A DNA stretch of 64,000 nt from Patescibacteria group bacterium (GTDB lineage Bacteria; Patescibacteriota; Patescibacteriia; JAXHNJ01), in NCBI GenBank assembly GCA_041649715.1, contig JBAZMP010000001.1:515153-579152 (forward strand), in the 5' to 3' direction. Positions 47,914 through 55,190 of the stretch are shown here, piece by piece. The position numbers were made by a program, and so were the translations under genes. The notes beneath the pieces were generated by a model. It was not told where the DNA came from. It saw nothing but the letters and a program-made list of their open reading frames with translations, and made no database searches. The stretch's first letter is position 1. The number at the start of each line of letters is the position of its first letter.

Positions 47914-48333
47914 CTACTCGTTTTCCCAGGGGTGATAGCAGTAGGCAACCACATAGTCACGCAGATGCCAATCGATGTAGACATCATAGCCGTCAAGCCC
48001 CAGGGCGGAAACGTCGGCCAGGCCGATCTCGCTGCCGTGAAAGGTAATCTTGCGATTGCCCTCGGACAGCACCAGGCTGTTTCGCAAATCTTTTTGGTCA
48101 AAACTATCTAGGACCGTTTCGAAAATCGTCCGGCCATCAGACAGTTTCGCCAGCAAATTTGCCGGCAAAATACTGTTGGTCAGACGGTATTCCTCGCAAG
48201 AGGAAAAGACTTGCTCGGCAATCAGCCGACACTCGTCTGCCTCTTTACTGAGGTTCATATTCGCCGCAAGCATGTACGCCAGGCTTAACACGACGATAAT
48301 GATCACGGTAAGAAGGAAAGTCCGGTAAGACAT
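47914..48333 (-). CDS. Array gene: TM-anchored hypothetical protein (139 aa)
   Basis: GGAGG RBS. Confidence 0.5.
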   Translation of the reverse strand: MSYRTFLLTVIIIVVLSLAYMLAANMNLSKEADECRLIAEQVFSSCEEYRLTNSILPANLLAKLSDGRTIFETVLDSFDQKDLRNSLVLSEGNRKITFHGSEIGLADVSALGLDGYDVYIDWHLRDYVVAYCYHPWENE

Positions 48334-48377
48334 TACTAACCTCCGTTCGCTAAGAATGAATGGTTACTTTCAATGAA

Positions 48378-48447
48378 CTCTCTTGAGCCTGCCAATATTA
48401 ATTGCCAGACTCGAGAGAGCGGGCCAAGACTTGAAGTGCCTGGCCCG
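48378..48447. repeat. Array element, variant 1: CTCTCTTGAGCCTGCCAA-tattaa-TTGCCAGACTCGAGAGAG plus hairpin cgggccaagacttgaagtgcctggcccg
   Basis: Imperfect palindrome plus adjacent GC hairpin. Confidence 0.7.
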
Positions 48448-48482
48448 AAGAACAAATCGCGAATACCGAAACATGACATGTC

Positions 48483-48917
48483 TCAGAACTGTTTGGATGA
48501 TTTAGCAACACATTCAACACCGAACATAATCAGCAGACAGACGGGACCAAAGAATAAGAGAGCGGGGGCTGGCGGATATTGACGTGCGATGAGAATAAGA
48601 ACGCCGGCGACGATGATCAGGAATAAGCCGAAGTAGAACCAGTGCCTGCGATGTCTAAGCGGCCGGTACTTACGCACTGCCGCAACGAGTCCCTCAAGCA
48701 ATTTATTGAAGGCTCCGGCCGCGACGAAGATCAGAAAAAACAGCGCCAAAGCGATCATTTCCCGCTCAATAATGAGAAGAAAAACCCCGCCGGCGAAACA
48801 GAGAAAAACAACGACGCACAGAACCCAGGAAAACGGCATGGCCATCACATAATGCATGGCTATCATCGCCATTACCGTGGCAAACAGACCCAGACACAGC
48901 AGAGCAAAGTGTCTCAT
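48483..48917 (-). CDS. Array gene: four-TM membrane protein (144 aa)
   Basis: Hydrophobic profile. Confidence 0.5.
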   Translation of the reverse strand: MRHFALLCLGLFATVMAMIAMHYVMAMPFSWVLCVVVFLCFAGGVFLLIIEREMIALALFFLIFVAAGAFNKLLEGLVAAVRKYRPLRHRRHWFYFGLFLIIVAGVLILIARQYPPAPALLFFGPVCLLIMFGVECVAKSSKQF

Positions 48918-48968
48918 TTTGCTACCTCCGCAAAGTTAGGGGCGACTTTTTATTGACTACTCAATGTA

Positions 48969-49049
48969 CTCTCTTGAGTCTGCCAAACTAGTGTTTGCCA
49001 AACTCGAGAGAATGGAGGAGAAAAAGAGGAAGACCTCTCCTTCTCCTCC
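48969..49049. repeat. Array element, variant 1, plus hairpin ggaggagaaaaagaggaagacctctccttctcctcc
   Basis: CTCTCTTGAGTCTGCCAA-actagtgt-TTGCCAAACTCGAGAGA. Confidence 0.7.
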
Positions 49050-49068
49050 GTATTTACAGAACGACTTC

Positions 49069-49494
49069 TCAGGGAACGGGCGGCGTGCGATCGATCAGCT
49101 GATCGACGTTTCCGTCACCCCCCAAGACGTAAAGAACATAGCCCGAGGCATGGTTCGGATTTTCCGAAGCCGGCTGATACTTCAGGGCGCCGGGCTGGAA
49201 AATCGAAGTACGGTTGTCCCAGTCGCGCGGCTCGCTGTGACGCAGCGTGTAGGGATTAACCAGCTTCTCGCCCTTGGGCAAGAACTGGACCATCTCCCCT
49301 GCGGTCATGGGATACGTGCTGTGCAAACGGTAATAGGCCGAGAGGGCCTTTTCCGTCTGATCGCAGTTCTGCTTGACGACCTTGTCCACGGCCTGGTCGT
49401 AGTGGTTGAGGGCCGGCGGAAGAACGCCGAAGAAAAGAATGACAACGACAGCGATTGCCGCGACGACGATAGTCGACCTCTGAATTCTGGTCAT
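49069..49494 (-). CDS. Array gene: pilin-fold-like protein (GspG/pseudopilin-like C-terminus) with a plain N-terminal anchor lacking a prepilin cleavage motif
   Basis: NPYTL...YVLYVLGGDGNVD resembles the T2SS-G C-terminal region; no G/F-xxxE motif. Confidence 0.4.
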   Translation of the reverse strand: MTRIQRSTIVVAAIAVVVILFFGVLPPALNHYDQAVDKVVKQNCDQTEKALSAYYRLHSTYPMTAGEMVQFLPKGEKLVNPYTLRHSEPRDWDNRTSIFQPGALKYQPASENPNHASGYVLYVLGGDGNVDQLIDRTPPVP

Positions 49495-49544
49495 CTGGAC
49501 CTCCTCTAACCAGGTTAAGTGAAACTTCGTAACACTCTGCCTTA

Positions 49545-49670
49545 TTTAGCAATTGGCAGCGGCATGATTATTAGCATATGACATATGGCTTATAGCTTAG
49601 AGATAAATTGCTTATCGCAAACCATAAGCCATAAGCTATGTGCCAACTAACAACCAACCCGCTGCCAACC
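49545..49670. mobile_element. Small IR-bounded insert (MITE-like, about 125 bp)
   Basis: Terminal IR aattggcagcggc / gccgctgccaacc; internal IR catatggcttatagc / ataagccataagctatg. Confidence 0.35.
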
Positions 49671-49684
49671 TTTTTGTAATGTGC

Positions 49685-49750
49685 TCTCTTGAGCCTGCCA
49701 ATTTTACTTGCCAGACTCAAGGGAAGGAGAGAAGCGGCTTGCCTCTCTCC
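49685..49750. repeat. Array element, variant 1, plus hairpin ggagagaagcggcttgcctctctcc
   Basis: CTCTCTTGAGCCTGCCAA-ttttac-TTGCCAGACTCAAGGGA. Confidence 0.7.
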
Positions 49751-49762
49751 GATGAATTAGCG

Positions 49763-50110
49763 TTACTTGATAAAGAGCGTGGAAGCTCGTGGCGCGGTCC
49801 GACAACGCATGTAGACGACTTCCGTCACCTTGACTTCCGCTCCATAAAGAATGTTTCGGTACGGGACGACGAACACGGTAAAAAGACAGCGATCACTCCA
49901 TCTCATGACCACGACGACTCCCATATCAAGACCCACCAAGTGTTGTACGTCGCTGAAAGTCGTAAATGAATCATCGGAAGAAAAGTCAGAAACTCTCATA
50001 TGTTTCTGCTCCTGGAGCTGCTTTTGAAGCTCTTCTCCCGTCCGCTGGTGTTTACAACCCGCCGAAAGCGTCAAAACAGCCGCCAGCAGGACAAACAACA
50101 TAGTTCTCAT
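49763..50110 (-). CDS. Array gene: lipoprotein (115 aa)
   Basis: Lipobox LSAGC; GGGAGG RBS. Confidence 0.5.
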   Translation of the reverse strand: MRTMLFVLLAAVLTLSAGCKHQRTGEELQKQLQEQKHMRVSDFSSDDSFTTFSDVQHLVGLDMGVVVVMRWSDRCLFTVFVVPYRNILYGAEVKVTEVVYMRCRTAPRASTLFIK

Positions 50111-50175
50111 CAGGAAACCTCCCTTTCGCTTGAAAGACTTCAAGTATTTACTACTACTCTTAAATTCGCAACGAG

Positions 50176-50245
50176 CTCGCTTGAGCCTGCCAAACTATTA
50201 TTTGTCAGACTCGAGTGAATGGGCCAAACCGAGGAGGTCTGGCCC
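50176..50245. repeat. Array element, variant 1, plus hairpin gggccaaaccgaggaggtctggccc
   Basis: CTCGCTTGAGCCTGCCAA-actattat-TTGTCAGACTCGAGTGA. Confidence 0.7.
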
Positions 50246-50267
50246 AAGGAGCGAAGGTGAAAGAGTC

Positions 50268-50534
50268 TCAGCCTTTAACGGCATGAAACTCTCCCTCATA
50301 TACGAAATAGCGACGAACACACTTCTTGCATTCCAGATAATCAACGGCAACGACTGATTGTGATCCGGTAAATGAATTCTTCATAGCCAGATCACACTTA
50401 GACTCGCGCCAATCCGGACGATGAATACCGGAGCTGGTAATGTGGATCGTGGTCTTGAAAAGGCGTTGCATAATCATCGAAACAACGACCCCCACTATTA
50501 CCAACAAAATAGCAACCAACGCGAACTCTTTCAT
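50268..50534 (-). CDS. Array gene: TM-anchored small protein (about 88 aa)
   Basis: AAGGAGG RBS before MKEFALV. Confidence 0.5.
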   Translation of the reverse strand: MKEFALVAILLVIVGVVVSMIMQRLFKTTIHITSSGIHRPDWRESKCDLAMKNSFTGSQSVVAVDYLECKKCVRRYFVYEGEFHAVKG

Positions 50535-50583
50535 TTCTATCCTCCTTAGAGAGATAAACTCCAGATTTCGATTATTCAATGTG

Positions 50584-50659
50584 CTCTCTTAAATAAACCA
50601 ACAACATTTGATTTACTAAAGAGATGAGGGAACGCACTTCCTATTAAGAAGGGTTCCCT
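50584..50659. repeat. Array element (degenerate hp1) plus hairpin gagggaacgcacttcctattaagaagggttccctc
   Basis: ctctcttaaataaaccaa...ttgatttactaaagagatgag. Confidence 0.5.
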
Positions 50660-50670
50660 CGGTTGTGCGA

Positions 50671-51060
50671 TTATTTCAGGACGATCACGGCCGAGAGGAT
50701 CCATTCCTCGTAGCCTTCGCCTTCCCCAGAACATCTGGTAAAGGCGACGATGGTCCCATTCTTCCCGTTGACCAGGGCGTAGACCACCGGATTATCGAGC
50801 TTCCCGTCATAGAGAAGACCGGCGCTGTCGTAGACTCGGACAGTGGAGCTGTCGTCGATGTACGAAGTTCCGTCGTAGAAAATCTCGATGGTTCTGGATC
50901 GCTCGTAGGCCGGCTTTTCCGACTTCATGGTAATCTCGCCGGTGCCACCCCAGATGTGCTTGTCGACTTTGATGTTGACCGGGGGCCCGGCGAAGCTGTT
51001 GCTGCCCGCGAACGGAAGCATGACCACGAGGATCATGATAACGAGCATGAACTTTTTCAC
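50671..51060 (-). CDS. Array gene: secreted protein; probable GTG start giving MKKFMLVIM
   Basis: Signal peptide; GGAG RBS 7 nt before the GTG. Confidence 0.45.
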   Translation of the reverse strand: MKKFMLVIMILVVMLPFAGSNSFAGPPVNIKVDKHIWGGTGEITMKSEKPAYERSRTIEIFYDGTSYIDDSSTVRVYDSAGLLYDGKLDNPVVYALVNGKNGTIVAFTRCSGEGEGYEEWILSAVIVLK

Positions 51061-51130
51061 GCTTGGCTCCTTTCGGTAAAACTGATCTTCTGCCATCTTA
51101 GGCTGGCAGACGCCCTTACTAGTCAAAGAA

Positions 51131-51199
51131 CTCCCTCTTAAGCCAACCAGAGATGCCTGATTGACTTGAGAGAGAGGGACGTTTTTTAGGAAACGTCCC
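51131..51199. repeat. Array element, variant 2: CTCTTAAGCCAACCA-gagatgcc-TGATTGACTTGAGAG plus hairpin gggacgttttttaggaaacgtccc
   Basis: Lies inside a roughly 105-nt block nearly identical to 52715-52830. Confidence 0.7.
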
Positions 51200-51312
51200 G
51201 CGTATTTCAGTTCACGGCCCGCCAGCCGGTGGTTTTTTAAGGTGGTGTCACATCTCCACCGGACTAGGCATGACTTATTCCACTCCCCTCTTTTATAAGA
51301 TATCAGCGACGG

Positions 51313-51753
51313 TCAGGCCTGACGCTTAATCCACCAAGCGGACAGGAAGAATACGATCGCAAATAGTCCGGAAATACACGCCAGAAATATGAATGAATAA
51401 CGCTCCCACCGGAATACCGCAATCAAGGAAATCAAACAGATAAACGCTTCGACTATCCCGAAGAGGCACTGCCGTGTCGGCAAATCTTGCTTGGCCTTGC
51501 TGAAAATGCCGGCAATCATCCCAAAGATTCCCAACAAGAAAAAGAGAATCGTCATGATGATGCCCAAGAAGGCAAAAAACAGCCACTCGAGAATGTCGCG
51601 CTCGACGTAGACGATCACGACACCTCCTCCGACGATTAGAACTCCAATCGTCAGAAGCCAGGGATCGAACCCAGGCATGTAGTGCAGGACCACGACGCCG
51701 CACGTGATCGCCACAATCCCGAGAACAAAGATAATGATGCTTTTCATCACCAA
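51313..51753 (-). CDS. Array gene: four-TM membrane protein, paralog A
   Basis: Shares VVVLxxMxGFDPWLLxIGVL with 52873..53328. Confidence 0.55.
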   Translation of the reverse strand: MVMKSIIIFVLGIVAITCGVVVLHYMPGFDPWLLTIGVLIVGGGVVIVYVERDILEWLFFAFLGIIMTILFFLLGIFGMIAGIFSKAKQDLPTRQCLFGIVEAFICLISLIAVFRWERYSFIFLACISGLFAIVFFLSAWWIKRQA

Positions 51754-51790
51754 CCTCCAGGTTTATAGCCTTTTTGATTCAAAGATCTAA

Positions 51791-51857
51791 CTCTCTTAAG
51801 CCAACCAATGTTTGATTGACTTGAGAGAATGGAGGGACCCACGGGGTGGATCCCTCC
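51791..51857. repeat. Array element, variant 2, plus hairpin ggagggacccacggggtggatccctcc
   Basis: CTCTCTTAAGCCAACCAA-tgtt-TGATTGACTTGAGAGA. Confidence 0.7.
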
Positions 51858-51873
51858 GGAACGAACGTAGTGG

Positions 51874-52443
51874 CTAGGCCGCTGCCCCCACCTTCTGGCG
51901 CGCCTCCTGCGGATAGTAGACGCGCAGGTCCCGGCTGCCGATGTTGGCGAGATTCGCGATGTCAGCGCAGTGGTAAAAGCCCACAGCCCTGGCCGCAGTC
52001 CGGGAGAGAATGACGATCCGACCATCGGTCAGAGCGGCATCCATGAAGGCGGCACCGGCGGTCTTGAGCACGCAGCAGGTAAGCTCCTTGTCGCGGAGCT
52101 CGAGAACGCTGCCCGTGTGGACACCTTCGCCGTCGATCCAGCACACTTGCCCTTTGGGAAGCGGCGGGAACGGCACGGCGAGGAGCGCCTTCACCCTCGC
52201 GACGATCTGTTCGTCGGAAAGCCAGCCTTCCGGCTTAGGCGGCAACGTTCTGACGTTGCGGGCCTGCGGTTTCCCATCGAGGGCGTTGATCGGTTCGAAG
52301 ACGACCTCCTCCCCGATCTTCCAGTACTGCCGGCAGCTCGACGCGATGGCCCAGTTGGGCACATAGCGGTCGACGCCATTTTCGTCGGTGATGAAGGAAT
52401 ACACGGCGCCGATTGACTTGACCTTACCATTCATCTGAGACAT
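51874..52443 (-). CDS. Array gene: protein with N-terminal cold-shock-domain-like segment plus about 130-aa extension
   Basis: MSQMNGKVKSIGAVYSFITDENGVDRYV compared with the CspA pattern GxVKWFNxxKGFGFITxxxGxDVFV; AAGGAGG RBS. Confidence 0.45.
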   Translation of the reverse strand: MSQMNGKVKSIGAVYSFITDENGVDRYVPNWAIASSCRQYWKIGEEVVFEPINALDGKPQARNVRTLPPKPEGWLSDEQIVARVKALLAVPFPPLPKGQVCWIDGEGVHTGSVLELRDKELTCCVLKTAGAAFMDAALTDGRIVILSRTAARAVGFYHCADIANLANIGSRDLRVYYPQEARQKVGAAA

Positions 52444-52495
52444 GAGAGACCTCCTTTTCCGAAGCACCTTGGAACACTGTGACTTCTTTCTTGAG

Positions 52496-52660
52496 CCACC
52501 TCACTGGAGGTGAGGCTAAATTGGGAGCTTTCATTAGAAAATGAAAGGCCTGAAAGGATAATCGAGTGAATGACTTAGTAGACCAAGCCAGACGCTTAAA
52601 TTATCCTCAATCGATTGTCCCCGTTAGAAATTTATTTCTAATGGGATGTCTCACCCTCCA
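52496..52660. mobile_element. MITE copy A (about 165 bp), hairpin-ended, with a 28-bp palindromic internal insert
   Basis: Ends gccacctcactggaggtgagg / tcaccctccatggaggtggc; the internal about 75 nt is identical to copy B. Confidence 0.6.
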
Positions 52661-52693
52661 TGGAGGTGGCTAAGAAAAATTTTAGTCAAAGAA

Positions 52694-52761
52694 CTCTCTC
52701 TTAAGCCAACCAATTTACTTGATTGACTTGAGAGAGAGGGACGTTTTTTAGGAAACGTCCC
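52694..52761. repeat. Array element, variant 2, plus hairpin gggacgttttttaggaaacgtccc
   Basis: CTCTCTCTTAAGCCAACCAA-tttact-TGATTGACTTGAGAGAGAG. Confidence 0.7.
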
Positions 52762-52872
52762 GCGTATTTCAGTTCACGGCCCGCCGGCCGGTGGTTTTTT
52801 AAGGTGGTGTCACATCTCCACCGAACTAGTCTTAGTCATTAACACCCCTCTTTTGCAGATTTTGGCGCCGGA

Positions 52873-53328
52873 TTATACCCGTGACATCCGGCGGTTGTTC
52901 CTCCTGCCGATGGTCAGGCAATACAGAGCGACCAGGGCGAAGGGCACTCCAAGGATGAAAATGATGGTATAGAGCGGGTGCCCCCAGTACAGAAGGCCGA
53001 CTGTGATGTCGTATAGGCCGATCAGACCATATGTCCAACTGAAGATTCGCCAATTGCTGTCCAGGAAGCGTCTGACTGGCCGCGACCAGGCGACCATTTT
53101 CTCCATGCCTTTCAAGAGGACATAGAGGATCGCGAAGATGATGCCGAGAAAGATAAAGAAATCCTCCTCAAGAACATCGCTCACAGCGTAAGTCAGGCTG
53201 ACACCACCGGCGATGCAGAGGACTCCGATCACCAGAAGCCAGGGATCGAACCCCGACATATGGCGCAGGACGACGACGCCGACCACGATCGCGATCATAC
53301 CCATAACGAACAGCATGTTGTTCCGCAT
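52873..53328 (-). CDS. Array gene: four-TM membrane protein, paralog B
   Basis: Paralog of 51313..51753; GGAGG RBS. Confidence 0.55.
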   Translation of the reverse strand: MRNNMLFVMGMIAIVVGVVVLRHMSGFDPWLLVIGVLCIAGGVSLTYAVSDVLEEDFFIFLGIIFAILYVLLKGMEKMVAWSRPVRRFLDSNWRIFSWTYGLIGLYDITVGLLYWGHPLYTIIFILGVPFALVALYCLTIGRRNNRRMSRV

Positions 53329-53631
53329 TACAAACCTCCATTAGAGTTAGATGACTAGTTTCGTTTGAAAAATCAAAGTGCTTTATCATTTTCTGAAAGC
53401 ACTAATCTATTAATGCTTTCGGAAAAGTCAGGGAGGCCGATGAAACGCATTTCATCAAAACCTCCCTGGATAGTTTTACCCATCTCGGGTCACCCCGGAT
53501 GGAACCCAGCCGCCCATTTGTTGGCCGGGGTTGAGGCTAGAGTGTTCGCAGGAGGCGAAGCACCCATAGCCCGTGATGGACCAGGTTTTTCACCTGTCCA
53601 CCTCCTTTCTTTTATGATTTAAAGAGCTTCG

Positions 53632-53781
53632 CTAGCTGATCACGATGCAGCAGGAAATCCCGAGAATCCCCAGCACCGTAGGCACAAAGCCAAGCGCCGG
53701 ATGGCCGGAATGCATAATCGCCTTCCCCGCGATAAAGCATAGCAGGGAAACGACGAGTAACGGGCCAAGGTGCTTTTTCAT
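53632..53781 (-). CDS. Unannotated 49-aa two-TM membrane peptide (MKKHLGPLLVVSLLCFIAGKAIMHSGHPALGFVPTVLGILGISCCIVIS)
   Basis: GGAGGGAAGAA RBS with ideal spacing; below the 60-aa ORF-track cutoff; a more plausible reading than the overlapping 53612..53800 ORF. Confidence 0.5.
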   Translation of the reverse strand: MKKHLGPLLVVSLLCFIAGKAIMHSGHPALGFVPTVLGILGISCCIVIS

Positions 53782-53824
53782 TTCTTCCCTCCGAGTTCAA
53801 GACGTATAACGTATAAAGATCGTT

Positions 53825-53904
53825 CCTCTCTTGAAAGTCCTAAATCTTTAAGGCTTTTAAGAGAGGGCTCGGCAAAGAAGGTAGAACAAGTTGATGACCG
53901 AGCC
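53825..53904. repeat. Array element (divergent) plus hairpin gctcggcaaagaaggtagaacaagttgatgaccgagcc
   Basis: cctctcttgaaagtcc-taaatctttaa-ggcttttaagagagg. Confidence 0.55.
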
Positions 53905-53961
53905 TTTTAACGAGCGGATTTTGAGGTGGGATACCGGTTAGGGTGACCGGTGGCGGGAAAA

Positions 53962-54576
53962 TCAGGCAAAGACCATCATTCTTTGGCGGTATTCTATCCG
54001 AAGCATGAAGGCAACCACCAGAAGAGTCGTAACTGTCGCCCGAGTGGCATAGAGAACGGCTAGACTGTCGCCGTCAATCAGGGCCGGATAGAGGGCGATG
54101 AGCATTGCGATGCCCGTTCCGATCCAGACTGAGAACGGCTCGGTGTTTTTTGGCGACGTCCACAAATGCTGGAGGGTAGCGATGTAACCGATGACCACCA
54201 GCAGCTGAGTGAGAACGTTCGACCAGGAGGCCTGGCGGAACATCATCCAGAATAGGATGATTCCCGCGGCCGCAACAAGCGTGCCTTTCTGAAACCGGCT
54301 GAAAGCCAGCTTCAGTTCTCCGTCACGGTATCTCGTCCAGAGGACGAAGAAACAAATGACAGAGGTATTGAGAACGCCAGTCGCGTTGCCGACGTTGCCG
54401 GTCCAGCTGTGAACCGGCGAACGCATGTAGGTGATAAAACCGAGGATCATCGTCAAGCTGATAATAATCCAGGTCGCCGGCACAGGATGCTTGGCCCGGG
54501 TGTTAATCAGATAGCAGTATCTGATAGTCACACCGAACATGATCAAAGCGACGAGAATAACCGACAGTTCTCTCAT
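53962..54576 (-). CDS. Array gene: multi-TM membrane protein (about 204 aa)
   Basis: GAGGTG RBS before MRELSVIL; 5-6 TM. Confidence 0.5.
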   Translation of the reverse strand: MRELSVILVALIMFGVTIRYCYLINTRAKHPVPATWIIISLTMILGFITYMRSPVHSWTGNVGNATGVLNTSVICFFVLWTRYRDGELKLAFSRFQKGTLVAAAGIILFWMMFRQASWSNVLTQLLVVIGYIATLQHLWTSPKNTEPFSVWIGTGIAMLIALYPALIDGDSLAVLYATRATVTTLLVVAFMLRIEYRQRMMVFA

Positions 54577-54805
54577 TTCACACCTCAACTTTTTTAATTC
54601 AATGTGCATTGAAATTCTGGTGGCGGCGAGGGAGTTTAACCCTACTTTTTCAAGTCCCGATCGCCTTGCTAGGCAGGACTTCTCATCCTCTTTTTGTCGG
54701 GACGCCGCCTTTTTCAAACTAATGAATCTTGATCATAAGCTTGAAAAAGGTGAAGAGTCAGATAGTCCGTACTAACTGACTCTTCGCGCGTAGGAACCCT
54801 TGGCT

Positions 54806-55054
54806 TCAGAGACTCAGTCTCTTTTTGCCCTTGTTGTAGCCGGCGACTTGCTTCATCGCCTTGATTTTCTCCAGGAACGAAAGCCGCGGGTCTTTCGGCA
54901 CCAGATCCGTGTTGCCGAGAACATAGATAACGGCCGAAAGAAAATCCTCCAACGTAATCTCGTAGTCGCCGAGATATACGACCTGAGGACCGAAACCATC
55001 GGTCTTAACCGATAGTCCCTCCGGCTTGCTTCCCTGATTTAGGATCAAACTCAT
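54806..55054 (-). CDS. Array gene: small soluble hypothetical protein (about 83 aa)
   Basis: GGGAGG RBS before MSLILNQG. Confidence 0.45.
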   Translation of the reverse strand: MSLILNQGSKPEGLSVKTDGFGPQVVYLGDYEITLEDFLSAVIYVLGNTDLVPKDPRLSFLEKIKAMKQVAGYNKGKKRLSL

Positions 55055-55100
55055 GATTTTCCTCCCTTCAGCATGTGTTATTCTGTCCGATGTAAGGTGC

Positions 55101-55168
55101 TCGCTTGAGCCAACCAAGGACAAGCTTTGATTGACTTAAGTGAGGGAGGGATCCAGGGGGATCCCTCC
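55101..55168. repeat. Array element, variant 2, plus hairpin gggagggatccagggggatccctcc
   Basis: CTCGCTTGAGCCAACCAA-ggacaagct-TTGATTGACTTAAGTGAG. Confidence 0.7.
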
Positions 55169-55190
55169 GTTGTTTTGGACTTTCGTCCGG

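Noticed and set aside
48378-48419. Palindromic arm pair as a fixed-spacer tyrosine-recombinase core site (dif- or lox-like)
   Set aside because: Spacer length between the arms varies from 4 to 9 nt among copies, whereas Xer- or Cre-type cores require a fixed 6-8 bp overlap region. A folded-strand (ssDNA or RNA) recognition model fits better.
51970-52416. Plus-strand ORFs inside the array (51970..52416, 52010..52366, 55140..55787, 55204..55443, 50665..51141, 53365..53622) and other antisense ORFs such as 981..1367, 13574..13975, 35622..36194, 36359..36850 and 30596..31039
   Set aside because: They are embedded antisense to well-supported genes, lack RBSs and have no homology signatures. They are expected artefacts of long stop-free frames in GC-rich or biased sequence.
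53612-53800. 62-aa ORF MNSEGRNEKAPW... from the track
   Set aside because: It has no RBS, and it overlaps in another frame a 49-aa two-TM peptide ORF that has a near-perfect RBS and fits the array pattern. The peptide is the more plausible gene.
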